Below the pieces are notes generated by a model. The model searched no databases. It was not told where the DNA came from and saw only the letters and a program-made list of their open reading frames with translations. Shown piece by piece: positions 38,936 through 50,504 of a stretch of DNA of 64,000 nt. The stretch's first letter is position 1. Each line of letters opens with the position of its first letter. The stretch is from assembly GCF_963506605.1 (NCBI RefSeq), contig NC_083277.1:17608001-17672000 (forward strand). The letters are read 5' to 3'. Origin of the DNA: Zootoca vivipara. Taxonomy: Eukaryota. A program made the translations under genes and the position numbers.

Positions 38936-40689
38936 TTTTTACAATGATGAATGGCCTGGAGAACGTGGATAGGGAAAAGTTGGTGGCAGCGTCTTCTATG
39001 ATCTCAGATGCACCTCTTGGGGAACACAAAAGACATAATAAAACAGGAGCAAAACAGACCCCTCCCACAATCTATCTGAGTGGGTGGGAGCCAACATACA
39101 TAAACCTACAGGCAATTTCTTCAATGTATGGTTCCTATATGCCGGTTCTACTGTGGGATCCATACGCAGGAAGTTGTAAGCTCCATGCTGGAGAATGACT
39201 TACTAGGATAGGTTAAAAGAATAGGCTGGTGTTTGAAATAACCCCCAGCCATTGGCTAAGCTGCTGCAACATCACGGAATGTTGTCGAGTATTCTTAAGT
39301 GCAGAAGAGGAAGTGATAGTTACATACTGTTGACAAATCACCTGGGAAGGAAATGAAAATAGATTGGGCTGGAAGAAAACTCTCCGCGTATGTGTGTGTT
39401 GAAAAGAGGGTTGGCGGGGTTAGAACTGGGGAGTGGAAGGGAGCCCAGAGGACGGGAGGATAAAGGGCAGGGTGGCTGAAAGATGGAGACAAAAGCAAGC
39501 AATAATGAATAAGAGCGCAATGGGTCAGTGCACCTGGGTGTTAACCAGAAGGTCGGTGTTTCGAGCCCACCCAGAGATGGCTGTGGGCTGGATTCCTGCA
39601 TTGCAGGGGGGTGGGCTAGATGACCCATGGGGTACCTTCCAACTCTTATGAGTTTGTGCTGGGGGGGGGGGCAAGAAGAAGACTCTGGGAGGCAGGGTTG
39701 AGTAAATTGCTGTGGATGAGAAGGAGGATGGACAAGGCAGGAAAACGGGTTCTGGGATGGTCTGTCTCAGGAGTTAGCAAACTTTTTCAGCAGGGGGCCG
39801 GTCCACTGTCCCCTCAGACCTTGTGGGGGGGGCAGACTATATTTTGAGGGTGGGAGATTGAATTCCTATGCCCCACAAATAACCCAGAGACGCATTTTAA
39901 ATAAAAGGACACATTTTACTCATGTAAAAACATGCTGATTCCCGAACTGTCCGTGGGCCAGATTTAGCAGGTGATTGGGCCGGATCCGGCCCCCGGACCT
40001 TAGTTTGCCTACCCATGGCCTTTCTGCAAGCTTCTGGTTAGGGGTGGTGCTACGTCAGAGAAGTGGTAGATTTGTCCTTTGCAAAAGGGTTTGGAGGTGG
40101 CAGCGGTGAAGAGACCTTGTCAGACGGGTCTGCCTGGATGGGTCTGTTTGCGTGAAGAGGGCTCTTGTTGACACACCCGCCTCTTCTTTGAGAATGGCCT
40201 GGAGCATCTTTTGTTTTGTGGGATGCAAGAACCAGCTGTTCCTACCTAGACACATTATAACAAACAGCCTCCACACTGGGGGGCGCCTGTGAACCATGCA
40301 GACCCAAACAACCCCACCCTCCTTCCTTGGTATCATTTACTGGTATCTTCTAAGCATTTCTGCGTAAGCATTTCTGTACTGAAAATTCAGACAAAAAGCT
40401 TCACATCCCCCACGGCTGCCAGATGAACATGGCACTACAAGACCCATCATCCCTAAGGTAGGTGGTGTTGAAGTCCAGTAACACCCCGAAGCCTACAGGT
40501 AGGGGAGAATTCCTCTCCCATGAGTGATGGGATGATTGGTGGGAGAATTTGTCTCGGAGCTAAACATTTATCGCCTGCTACTCCTGTCAAAGGCACAGCT
40601 ACTGCAGCCAGTTGAAAGCCACACGGGAGTGTGGTGTGTTGCTTGGCATCTGTGAGCTTTGGGAGACTTGAAAAGAAGAGACTTGAGAA

Positions 40690-40930
40690 GGAGATAGGAT
40701 AGCCCATCTTCCAGTATCACAAGGCCTGTCACATGAAAGATGGAGCAAGCTCGTTCTTTCCTCTCCGGAGGGCAGGATTTGAACCAATGGCTTCAAGTTA
40801 CAAGAAAAAAGATTCCGACTAAACATCAGAATGGTCAGAGCTGTTCAAAAGTGGAATGGACTCTTTTTTCAGGTGGTGGACTTACCTTCCTTGAAGGTTT
40901 TTAAAGCAGAGGTTGGATGGCCATCCATCA
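40690..40930 (+). mobile_element. CR1 LINE 3' fragment (related minus-strand piece ~36075-36270)
   Basis: aatggcttcaagttacaagaaaaaagattccgactaaacatcag and ccttccttgaaggtttttaaagcagaggttggatggcc are typical of CR1 ORF2 3' ends. Confidence 0.7.
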
Positions 40931-40938
40931 TGCATATA

Positions 40939-41188
40939 CAGTTGAACCTTGGATCCCAAATGCCTTGTGAGTTGAACGTTTTGGCTCCTGAACGCCGCAA
41001 ACCTGGAAGTGAGTGTTCTGGTATGTGAACGTTCTTTGGAACCCAAACGCCTGACGCAACTTATGCAACTTCCAGTTGGCTACAGAAACTTCCTGCAGCC
41101 AATCGGAAACCGCACCTTGGTTTTCAAACGTTTTGGAAATCGAATGGACTTCCAGAACGGATTCCTTTCAACTTCCGAGGCACCACTG
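40939..41188. mobile_element. Tigger/pogo-like MITE (related elements 45664-45894 and 49437-50071)
   Basis: TA-flanked CAGT(G/C)GTACCT-type TIRs; right ends ccgaggcaccactg, ccaaggtatgactg and ccaaggtaccactg. Confidence 0.7.
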
Positions 41189-41549
41189 TACTTTAGTTCA
41201 GAATCCAGCATTGGAGAGGGTTGGATATTTAGATTACCTTCCAGTTGTCTTCCATCTCGCCAATTTTATGATTCTATGGAAGAGTGTACCTTGGGGGGTA
41301 AAGTCAAACCGCTGGAGAGTCACAGCGCCTGCTGTGGCTGTAGAGACTGATGTAGGAGAGACATGTTTTGTTGAAGGTGGGGCAGATGAAGGTATCCAGT
41401 TGTGCCGCTGCAGATGCCCCATGGCGTTTCTTCTCTCTGGGCTCCTCCCAGCAGTCATTCCTCCTCTGGTCACTGCTGTGGATGCCTGACCCATGGTGAC
41501 AGGGCACAGTCATGATGCCTAAGTGTAGCAGGAAGAACTGCATCGCAGG

Positions 41550-42290
41550 CAGGGCCGGATTTAGGTCTGATGAGGCCCTAAGCTACTGAAGGCCCTAAGC
41601 TACTTTATATGTCCAGCCGTCCTTTGTCAACAACAAAGGGTCACTGTTTTTGGTGTTGAATATACCGTATGCTATAAGGTAATTTGTGGGACGCGGGTGG
41701 CGCTGTGGGTTAAGCCACAGAGCCTAGGGCTTGCCGCTCAGAAGGTCGGCGGTTCGAATCCCTGTGAGGGGGTTGCTCGGTCCCTGCTCCTGCCAACCTA
41801 GCAGTTCGAAAGCACCTCAAAGTGCAAGTAGATAAAAAGGTACCGCTACAGTGGGAAGGTAGGCATTTCCGTGTGCTGCTCTGGTTCGCCGGAAGCAACT
41901 TTGTCATGCTGGCCACATGACCTGGAAGCTATACGCCGGCTCCCTCGGCCAATAACGCGAGATGAGCGCCGCAACCCCAGAGTCAGTGATGACTGGACCT
42001 AATGGTCAGGGGTCCCTTTACCTTATAAGGTAATTTATGGACCTAACAGGTATCTAAAGCCATTTGCACATGTTGCCATGCAACCAGTCCATGCAGAATG
42101 TAGGCACCCTATATCTAGAAAGAGCAAACCTGTGATATTTTAGGGAGCAGGCTAGCTTACTATATGTAGCTTTTATTTGTTTTTTATCTTATATTTTGGA
42201 AATGTACACCCAGGGTGTTTTTTTTTTTTTGGCCCCCAAGAGAGTGGGGCCCTAAGCTATAGCTTAGATTTATAGGTAAATCCGGCACTG
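41550..42290. mobile_element. hAT non-autonomous element carrying a nested Sauria SINE
   Basis: TIR cagggccggattta / taaatccggcactg; 8-bp TSD atcgcagg. Confidence 0.85.
41688..42023 (+). mobile_element. Sauria SINE, near full length
   Basis: gggacgcgggtggcgctgtgggtt..ggttcgaatccc..ggtccctttacc; TSD tataaggtaattt. Confidence 0.9.
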
Positions 42291-42329
42291 ATCGCAGGCA
42301 CAGTCTTGGTGAAGAAGCCGACCCAGAAT

Positions 42330-43022
42330 AACAACTCCCAGAAGCAGGCGGGCTTTAGGACCCTGAGGGGAGCTGACACGTAAGAGATCTTCGGGCGCAG
42401 CCGCCACAGGAAGAGGATCTCCTCGGCCCCGTGGCTCTCGGAGGAGGGTGTGCTGCCGATCCTGGATTCGTGTCTCTTCTTGCACGCTGCACGCGCGTTT
42501 CCTGCGTGCATTTGCAGAATCCGCGAGACCTCCAGGAAGTGGGGGATCCCAGGAGATCCCAGTCTTCTCTGCTGCTTACAAGGCGGAGGAATCGTGCGGG
42601 GGGTGGGCGGATTTAAGAAACCCAACTTTGCCCGGAGAGCCGAGCCGATCCTGGGGGTGAATCTGAGATCTTTTCATCTCCCAGATGGAGCGACCAGGAT
42701 GATTCCTGTGGTCCGCAGCTTGCGATAAAGGAGCCTGGCGCCTCCCTGAATGCAAACGGGAGGATGGGATAAGGAAGACGCCGACAAGGCTGGATCAAGT
42801 GGGAATCCGTAGGCGGAAGGTGGCTCGAGATCTGGATGGTTTGCAGTAGATCGGCAAGGGCTTCCAGCGCTCGGTCGTCCCATCAGCAGTGAAGAAATGA
42901 TATTCTCCACCTAAACATAAATTCCTGAACTGCGGGGGGGAGGGGGATTCCTGCGTTAAATTCAGCTCCGGCTCAATTCCTTTCTGGCCCTGGAAATAAA
43001 TTATTGCTGCTCAGAACACAAG
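42330..43022 (+). promoter_or_regulatory. CpG-rich candidate promoter/first exon of the Harbinger-transposase gene
   Basis: Local CpG enrichment not explained by a repeat, GC boxes, donor AAG/gtaact after 43022. Confidence 0.45.
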
Positions 43023-43967
43023 GTAACTCCACCGGCGCCCTTAAGCCGCTTTGGATTATAGCTCCCATTGTCCCTGACCTTTGGGAATGCAGGCTGGGTC
43101 GTAGTTTGAAGTATCAGAAGCCCCACACTGGCTGCCCCTGCCCTAGAGCAAGGTTTCCCAAACTTTGGTCTGCAGCTGTTTCTGGACTACAATTCCCATC
43201 ACCCCGACCCCTGGTCCTGCTAGCTAAGGATGATGGGAGTTGTAGTCCCAAAAAAACCAACCACAGTTGGCGACCCACCTTTGGGAAAACCCCGCCCTGG
43301 AGGCATGCCTTTTGCATCTGGCTCTGGTTGGAAGCTCTTGGTCTTCTAGGTAAAAATAAATAGGATATTAGACAAACCGGAAGACTGACTGCCTCTGATT
43401 TAGCTATATATTGTCTGCAGCTGCAGCCAGTGGCAAGTCTCCAAAGTCCTGGCACTGTGGGACTCCAGTTCCCATCAGCCACAGGCAACGTAGCCAGTGA
43501 CCAGGGACGGTGGACGTTGTTGCCCCCAGCTATCCTCCCCCCTCATCCCTGCCATAGCCAGGTCCCAAGCCTTCTCAGGCTAGCGGCCTGAAATCCTGAG
43601 GTCCCTGGGATTAAACCTAAGACCTCCTCCACCGCAGAGGAGTGGCCACCTTCCCCAATCCCAGCCCAATCCTGTGCATGTTTCTTTTGGAGCAAGTGCC
43701 AATGAGTTCAGCGAGACTGACTTCCCAGGAAGCTTGTTTAAGGGTCGCTATTTTAAGTTGGCAGCCGCCTGCACAATTTCCTAGAAATGGGTCCAACACA
43801 GACTTCTTCTGCACTATACCATTACTGTAAACCAGCGTCATGACACTTGAAAGGCTGTGGTTTACCCCCAAGAATGCTGGGAACTGGAAACAGTGTTGTT
43901 TAACCCCAGGGAACTCTGGGAATAATGTCTCTGCAGGTGGAATAGGGGTCTTCTACCTGCCTCACTA

Positions 43968-44307
43968 GGGACGCAGGTGGCGCTATGGTCTAAACCAGAG
44001 CCTAGGGCTTGCCGATCAGAAGGTCGCCGGTTCAAATCCCCATGAGGGGGTGAGCTCCCGTTGCTCGGTCCCTGCTCCTGCCAACCTAGCAGTTCGAAAG
44101 CACGTCAAAGTGCAAGTAGATAAATAGGTACCGCTCCGGTGGGAAGGTAAGTGCCGTTTCTGTGCACTGCTCTGGTTCGCCAGAAGCGTCTGTCATGCTG
44201 GCCACATGACCCGGAAACTGTACGCCGGCTCCCTTGGCCAATAAAGTGAGATGAGCGTCGCAAGCCCAGAGTCGTCCGCGACTGGACTTAACGGTCACGG
44301 GTCCCTT
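43968..44307 (+). mobile_element. Sauria SINE, full length
   Basis: Complete head and tail; TSD tacctgcctcacta. Confidence 0.9.
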
Positions 44308-44983
44308 TACCTGCCTCACTAAGCCAATGGCTCATCCAATGGCCTGTGGGGAGGTTTGCCAGCAGGCTGGAGCACAACAGTTGCCCCGCTGCACTTCCCA
44401 GTGACTGGTAGTCAGAGGCATGCAATGACACTCGGCACCTTTAACAAACTACATTTCCCAGAATTCTTCGGGGGGAAGCCATTAATCTTTTTTTGAACGG
44501 AATGATACTGCTTTAAATGTACAGTACAGATGGGGATGTGGTGTTGCTGTGGGGTCTGGTGGGCATTAAAATAGCGGATAAACCACAATGCCTGGCACTG
44601 TTCAGAGCGCTGGGTAGATCTGCTCTGATGCCCAAGGATGTGAGGCACATTGCCCCTGCTCAGTATGGTCATACAGAGTATGTGAGTGTCTCCAGTCTCT
44701 TGATGATTTTGGTTCCATTTTTCTGGAGCTTTTTCAGCTCTACCAGGAAACCAAGCTGTAATTCCTGCATTCGAATCATAGAGTTGGAAAGGGACCACAC
44801 GGGTCATCTAGTCCAACCCCCTGCAATGCAGGATTCTTTTGCTCGAACCCACGACCCTGAGATTGAGAATCTCATGCTCCACCAACTGGATGACGTTTGA
44901 GGTCCCTTCCAACTCTACAATCCTATGAAAATCTGTTCCAGACCCTACTCTGCTCAGCACATGCTTGGATGATTATCATCTTT

Positions 44984-45035
<52 letters not shown>

Positions 45036-45450
45036 GATACACCAAAAGGGGGGGGGACAAAAATACAAATCTAAACAGTGATAAAGACAGTATGAATTAC
45101 AAATCAATAAAGCAAAAAGTGGTCCTTGAACTATAGACCCGACCTCCCGTCTATTCCTTATTTCAGTTATATATTACAGTATTTGTTGCCAGTACCCACT
45201 TTTATCATAGATTAACTAATTATTGGTTTATCTTAGGTCTCATATCTTTCTTAAAGCTACTACTGAAATTATTCAGATGCTGGGAGGATGATTATAATCT
45301 TTGGAGCTTCTCATCTTGTAAAGGCAGCATCTTGGCGCAGTAGGAGCGGCAGGCCTTGTTGGGATCTGCCAGCCCCTGGCGGTTGCCTTTGTTCTGGCTT
45401 CTCTTTCCTGATTAGGTTCTCCTTTCTTAAAGCCTAAGGTGAGGTTGAGG

Positions 45451-48400
45451 ATGGAGAGAGAAGATGAAACGTGGAACCTCCAGGACCCTGAGAAAGAGGA
45501 GATGCCAAGGAATAGCAGCTCAGGTAAGGACTCGGACAGAAAAACTAAACAGAAGAGTATTTCAATGGCAACCATGTGAGTCATAAGTTTGATTTCATCA
45601 GGTGGGAGGTGGATGTGCTTTGCTGGCTTTTGCATCCCTTCTGTCTGGTGTGCTTTTGAAGTACAGTCGTACCTCGGAAGTCGAACAGAATCCGCTCCAT
45701 AAGTCAGTTCGACTTCCAAAACGTTTGAAAACCAAGGCGTGGCTTCCAGTTGGCTGCAGGAAGCTCCTGCCGCCAATCAGAAGCCGCGTCGGACGTTCGG
45801 GTTCCAAAGAATGTTTGCAATCCGGAACTATCACTTCCGGGTTTGCAGCGTTCGGGAGGCGTTCAGAAGGCGTTCGTCAACCAAGGTATGACTGTATATC
45901 TAAACTAGGTATCCTCTGCCCACAATAAGTTGCTCGTTTCACAAAGCAGGAGAATAAGCTAGCGTTTTTGTTTATATTTGTAACTCTCGCATAGCTATTG
46001 AGAGACTTAAAAGATGCGTGCCTAGGTACATGTTCATAGAATTAAAAGAGGGTAGGGATTTTTTCTTTCTTTTTTTAGTTTATTAGATTTGAGAATGAGG
46101 GTGTGTGACCAAGAAGAGCCTTCAAGGGCTGCTGTGAAGGGTGTGCATGCGAAACTGATAAACAAGGCAGTTTCCACTTCCTTCTCAGGCTTCCAAGAAC
46201 ATACCAGTCCGGCCCTAGCTTGTGCAAACTCTTGTAGTGCAAACTCTGGGATGTTTTCAGCTTTTGAGAGATTAAACCAACATGTCAAGGTCGGTTTTTA
46301 CTCTCAACGGCTGGCAAAACACAAAAGAATTTCAGCATTTCCTGCTACAAGCAGGAAATCTCTCTCTTTTTAATTCTATCCTATTCAATGTAAAACAACA
46401 ACAAAATCCTGGACCTACAGAAGTAGCCTGGCCTTTTCCATGACTGCAAGTTTCAAACGTGGAAATTCTCCTTGTACAGGAGGAAGCATTCAAATATTTG
46501 GGAGGGAGGGCAGGATCCAGGGCCTGAGCTTAACTGGGGGGGAAATTGAGATAGGGCTGAAAAGTAGAAGCATAGCTGGATGGCACTGTGCTACAGTTAG
46601 AAAATTGGGGGGGGGCAGCAGGGGACAAAGAAGGGAGAGTGGTGGATAGGTGGCAAAAGAGTGGGAATAGGGTGAGGAGCAACAATAGGTTATTTTCTGA
46701 TTGATTAAGATCAGGCATCCCCAGACTTCGGCCCTCCAGATGTTTTGGACTAAATAAATTTAAGGAACTGCAGAAAGAGGGAAAAGGAAGTCGAGTTTTG
46801 AAATGTTAGAAGAATTGTAAAATTATTGAAATGTCAAAAACTGAAAATCATTTTTTAAAAACCATGCACTGCGTGAAAAAAACCCTTTCTTTTAGAGGCC
46901 CCACCTAATCAGCAGGATAAGGTCCAGTTGTAGAATGAGGCATAGCTGCCAAGTTTTCCCTTTTCTCGCGAGGAAGCCTATTCAGCATAAGGGAAAATCC
47001 CTTAAAATAAGGGATAACTTGGCAGCTATGGAATGAGGTGACCATTTCTATTGAGTTGCAATATAAATAATAATAATATAAATAAAAATAATAATATAAA
47101 TAAACAAATGCCACTGAACACTGAACCTGGCCTAAAATGCAAGTAAAGTCCATTTCTGGAAATGAGGAGGTCTGTAGCTTAGCCAGAGAGAGGCTACTTG
47201 GCCTGTACCTTCAGCCTCAAGCATCTCCTGCTCAGGCCAAAGCTGGTGTGAGGCTCTTCCCCACTGAGGCTCCTGGGACCCACTGCCTAAAAGACATGGA
47301 GCTCCATCGCCAGAATCTCCCCTAGTACAAAACAGCTAATTCCTGGTGTTCCCAAAACAGTCTCTCTTGTCTTTCCTCTTCTCCAGAAAGCGATCAGATG
47401 GTGTCAGCAGCTCTCGCCGCCGCCACAGCTGCCGTGGCTGCCATCACGACCGTCGTGGGGGTCCAGTCGCGCATCTTTGCACGGCTGGCAACACGCCGGA
47501 AGCTTCTGCCGCGAGGGCGCGACGACCTGGCCGAGCTGGAGGAGATGGTGGAGAACGCTGCATCGGTGCGCCTCCGAGCGGTGGTGGAGTCGAGCATCGA
47601 CTCTCTGAAGGCTATGATGTGCTCGTGCCTCTTCCAGTCGCCGGCTGTCCTGGCTGGCCTGATTGACGAGCTCTACATCATGGAGAGGGCCTTCTGGGTG
47701 CAGCCGGGCCGCTCCGAATGGTGGGAGAAAGTGGTCCTGCCCCACTGGGACGACCATCTCTGGCGAGAGAACTTCCGGATGAGCAGGAGGACCTTCACGG
47801 AGCTGTGCGATCGGCTGAGGCCCGTCCTCGAGCGGCAGACCACCAACATGCGCGCTCCGATCACCGTCGAGAAGCAGCTGGCCATCGCCGTCTGGAAGCT
47901 GGCCACCCCGGATAGCTATCGCTCGGTGGCCGAGTGCTTTGGGGTGGGCCGCTCCACGGTCTCCAGGATCGTCATGGAAGTCTGCCAAGCGCTCTACGAC
48001 GTCTACCACCACGTGGTCCAGCTGGCCGGTGCCCAGGAGGTGATGAAAGGCTTCGCTGCCAAGGGCTTCCCTCACTGCATCGGGGTCCTCGACGCCACCC
48101 ACATCCCCATCATCGCCCCGGCGCACAGAGCCACCGAGTACATCAACAGCAAAGGCTACTACTCCATGGTCCTGCAGGTTCTGGTGGACCACAGAGGCAG
48201 GTTCACGGACGTCTATGCAGGGCGCTCCGGGAAGCTTCCCGGCGCCCGGATTTTCCGTGGGTCGCCCATCTTCCGCGCCATGAACCAAGGCACATTTGGT
48301 CCCAGCGTGACCATGGACATGGGGGGCGAGCAGCTGAAGCCGGTGATCCTCGGAGACCCCGCTTACCCGCTGCTGGCCTGGCTGATGACTCCGTACGGCG

Positions 48401-48753
48401 GGCACTTGGATGCCCGCCAACAGTGGTTCAACAACGCCCTCGCCAGCTGCCACGCGGTGGCAGAGTCCGCCTTCGAGCGCCTTCGGGGCCGCTGGCGCTG
48501 CCTGCTCTCCCGCCTGGACGTGAGGGAGCGCTACGCCCCCCGGGTCATTGTGGCCTGCTGCATCCTGCACAACATTTGCGAGACCAGAGGGGAGCCTCTC
48601 CAGGAAGGCTGGCAGGAAGTGGTCAGATCCGTCTCGCGGTCTTACCAGCAGCCAGAAAGGCAGCCAGTGTACGCAGCCAACCCCCGAGCGCGGGAGATCA
48701 GGGATCTTTTGAGCACGTACATGGAAAGGAAAGAGCAGGGGAAGTCGGACTGA
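45451..48753 (+). CDS. KRAB-B-like + PIF/Harbinger transposase-derived protein (HARBI1/ALP1-like, DDE_Tnp_4); ~479 aa; exon 45416-45523 spliced to 47387-48753
   Basis: Intact 451-codon ORF (47398-48753) with WRENFRMSRRTF, HTH YRSVAECFGVGRSTV, GVLDATHIPI, YINSKGYYS, ILGDPAYPL, ESAFERLRGRWRCL, ACCILHNICE. The upstream 108-nt phase-1 exon (GSPFLKPKVRLRMEREDETWNLQDPEKEEMPRNSSS) joins in frame via the acceptor at 47385-47386 and contains ATG 45451 in strong context (aggATGG). The transposase call is solid; the 5' exon is a model. Confidence 0.85.
46941..47030. mobile_element. 90-bp hAT-type MITE, copy 2
   Basis: Identical to 10479-10568; 8-bp TSD gaatgagg. Confidence 0.9.
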
Positions 48754-49279
48754 ATCTGTTGCTTTCCCCTAAAGGAACCCTCATGGCAGGTCTTGGGAAG
48801 AACGGGCCTTCTCTGCAGTGGCTCCCCGTCTGTGGAATGCTCTCCCCAGGGAAGTTCGCCTGCCGCCTTCATTATACACTTTTAGGCGCCAGCCAAAATT
48901 GTTCCTTTTGTTGACCTGATCAACATACTTATACCCTTTTAAAATGCAACTCTTTTTTGGGCGGGTGTTATTGGGTCATTGTTTTTATTTTGATTTTATA
49001 TATTGTGATCTTTGCTGTGAGACCTCCGGGCATAGGGCGGTATATAAATTCAATAAATAAATAAGAAAGAAAGAAATAAGAAGAGACCCTCTCTTCTGTC
49101 CCCATATGAAATAAAAATAAATAGCCTCTTTTGACGTCAGCTATGAAATATGTGGGTCCCGGCTGGCTCTTATGTAGAGGGAAAGGATGTCATAGCATAA
49201 TGGCTGAACACCTGTGCTACAAATTTGAGAGTTGCCCTCTCCTCTCTTGTAATGAGTCCACTCAGGTAACCTAGACAAG

Positions 49280-49329
<50 letters not shown>

Positions 49330-50504
49330 CCTCCCTCCCTCCCTCCCTCCCTCTCTGTCACCTCTGCTATTTGCAGCCTGCCTTGCAGGCTTGTTGTAAG
49401 AATTGCAAATGTATGTGAAAGGTTTGAATACGAGTACAGTGGCACTTTGGTTCTCAAACTTAATCAATTCTGGAAGTCAGTTCCAAAACCAAAGCGTCCC
49501 AAAACCAAGGTGTGCTTTCCCCTATAAAATAATGCAAAACGGATTAATCTGCTCCAAACAACCCCTAAAACAGCAATTTAACATTAATTTTACTATCTAA
49601 TGAGACCATTGATCCATAAATGAAAGCAAGAACCAATGCAGTGTACTATAAAATAAATAAGACAGTATTGTAGATGATAAAAATTTAAAAATAAAAAATT
49701 ATTACCTGCACTGATGATAGTCATTGTTTGGATGGGTTTGGTTTTTTTAAAAAATCCATTTCCGCAGTCACACAATCAATCAATCAATCAATCAATCAGT
49801 AGCTGAACTGGGTTCCACATAGTCACAAAAACAAATTAACTGAAAATGCCTCAAAAACAAAAATGCAAAATAAATTGCAAAACAAAAGCGCCAAACTTAA
49901 TCTGTTCCGAAAGTCCGTTTGACTTCTGAAATGTTTAAAAACCAAGGTGCAGCTTCTTATTGGTGCCCCGAAACAATAGCCGAGAGCAACATCAGATGTT
50001 CAGCTTCCGAAAAACATTCGAAAACTGGAACACTTCCGGGTTTTCAGCGTTTGGGAACCAAGGTACCACTGTACAGCATGGATATTCCTATAATTATACA
50101 AAGCTGACAAGAGGAAGCAAATTGGGGGGAGGGAGGGGGGAGGGCAAGCAATCTGTGGCAATCGATGCCCCCCTCGATATTCCCAAAGTAACTTCACCTG
50201 CAATTGTCAAAACTTTTTTCCACAGGTAGACACTGTGCCACCAATTGCAGAGGCCCGTGTGGCAGGAACAAGTCTGTTTAATTAGGGGTTGGATGAGATT
50301 AACTTCACATATACCCAATATGTATTACCTCACCATTATCAATTATGTTTAAAGTAAAAATTAAGTTCAATTGACTCATTTTCTCCTCCCTTAGCCCACT
50401 CCCCACCACACATAAAAATTAATGTGGGGACCCTAATATTCCAACCTACCTCGCAGTGTCATTAGAATTTCTAAGAGAACGTATCAGTGTGTTTTCAGCA
50501 ATCT

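Noticed and set aside
47398-48753. Assigning the symbol HARBI1 (and NAIF1/MSANTD/ZSCAN29 to the Myb gene)
   Set aside because: Family-level similarity only; the exon structure and N-terminus differ from what I recall of those genes, and orthology cannot be shown without a phylogeny.
47404-48914. Long overlapping ORFs 47404-48570 (-, 388 aa) and 47934-48914 (+, 326 aa)
   Set aside because: Shadow ORFs caused by the GC-rich codon usage of the real transposase frame; no recognisable motifs.
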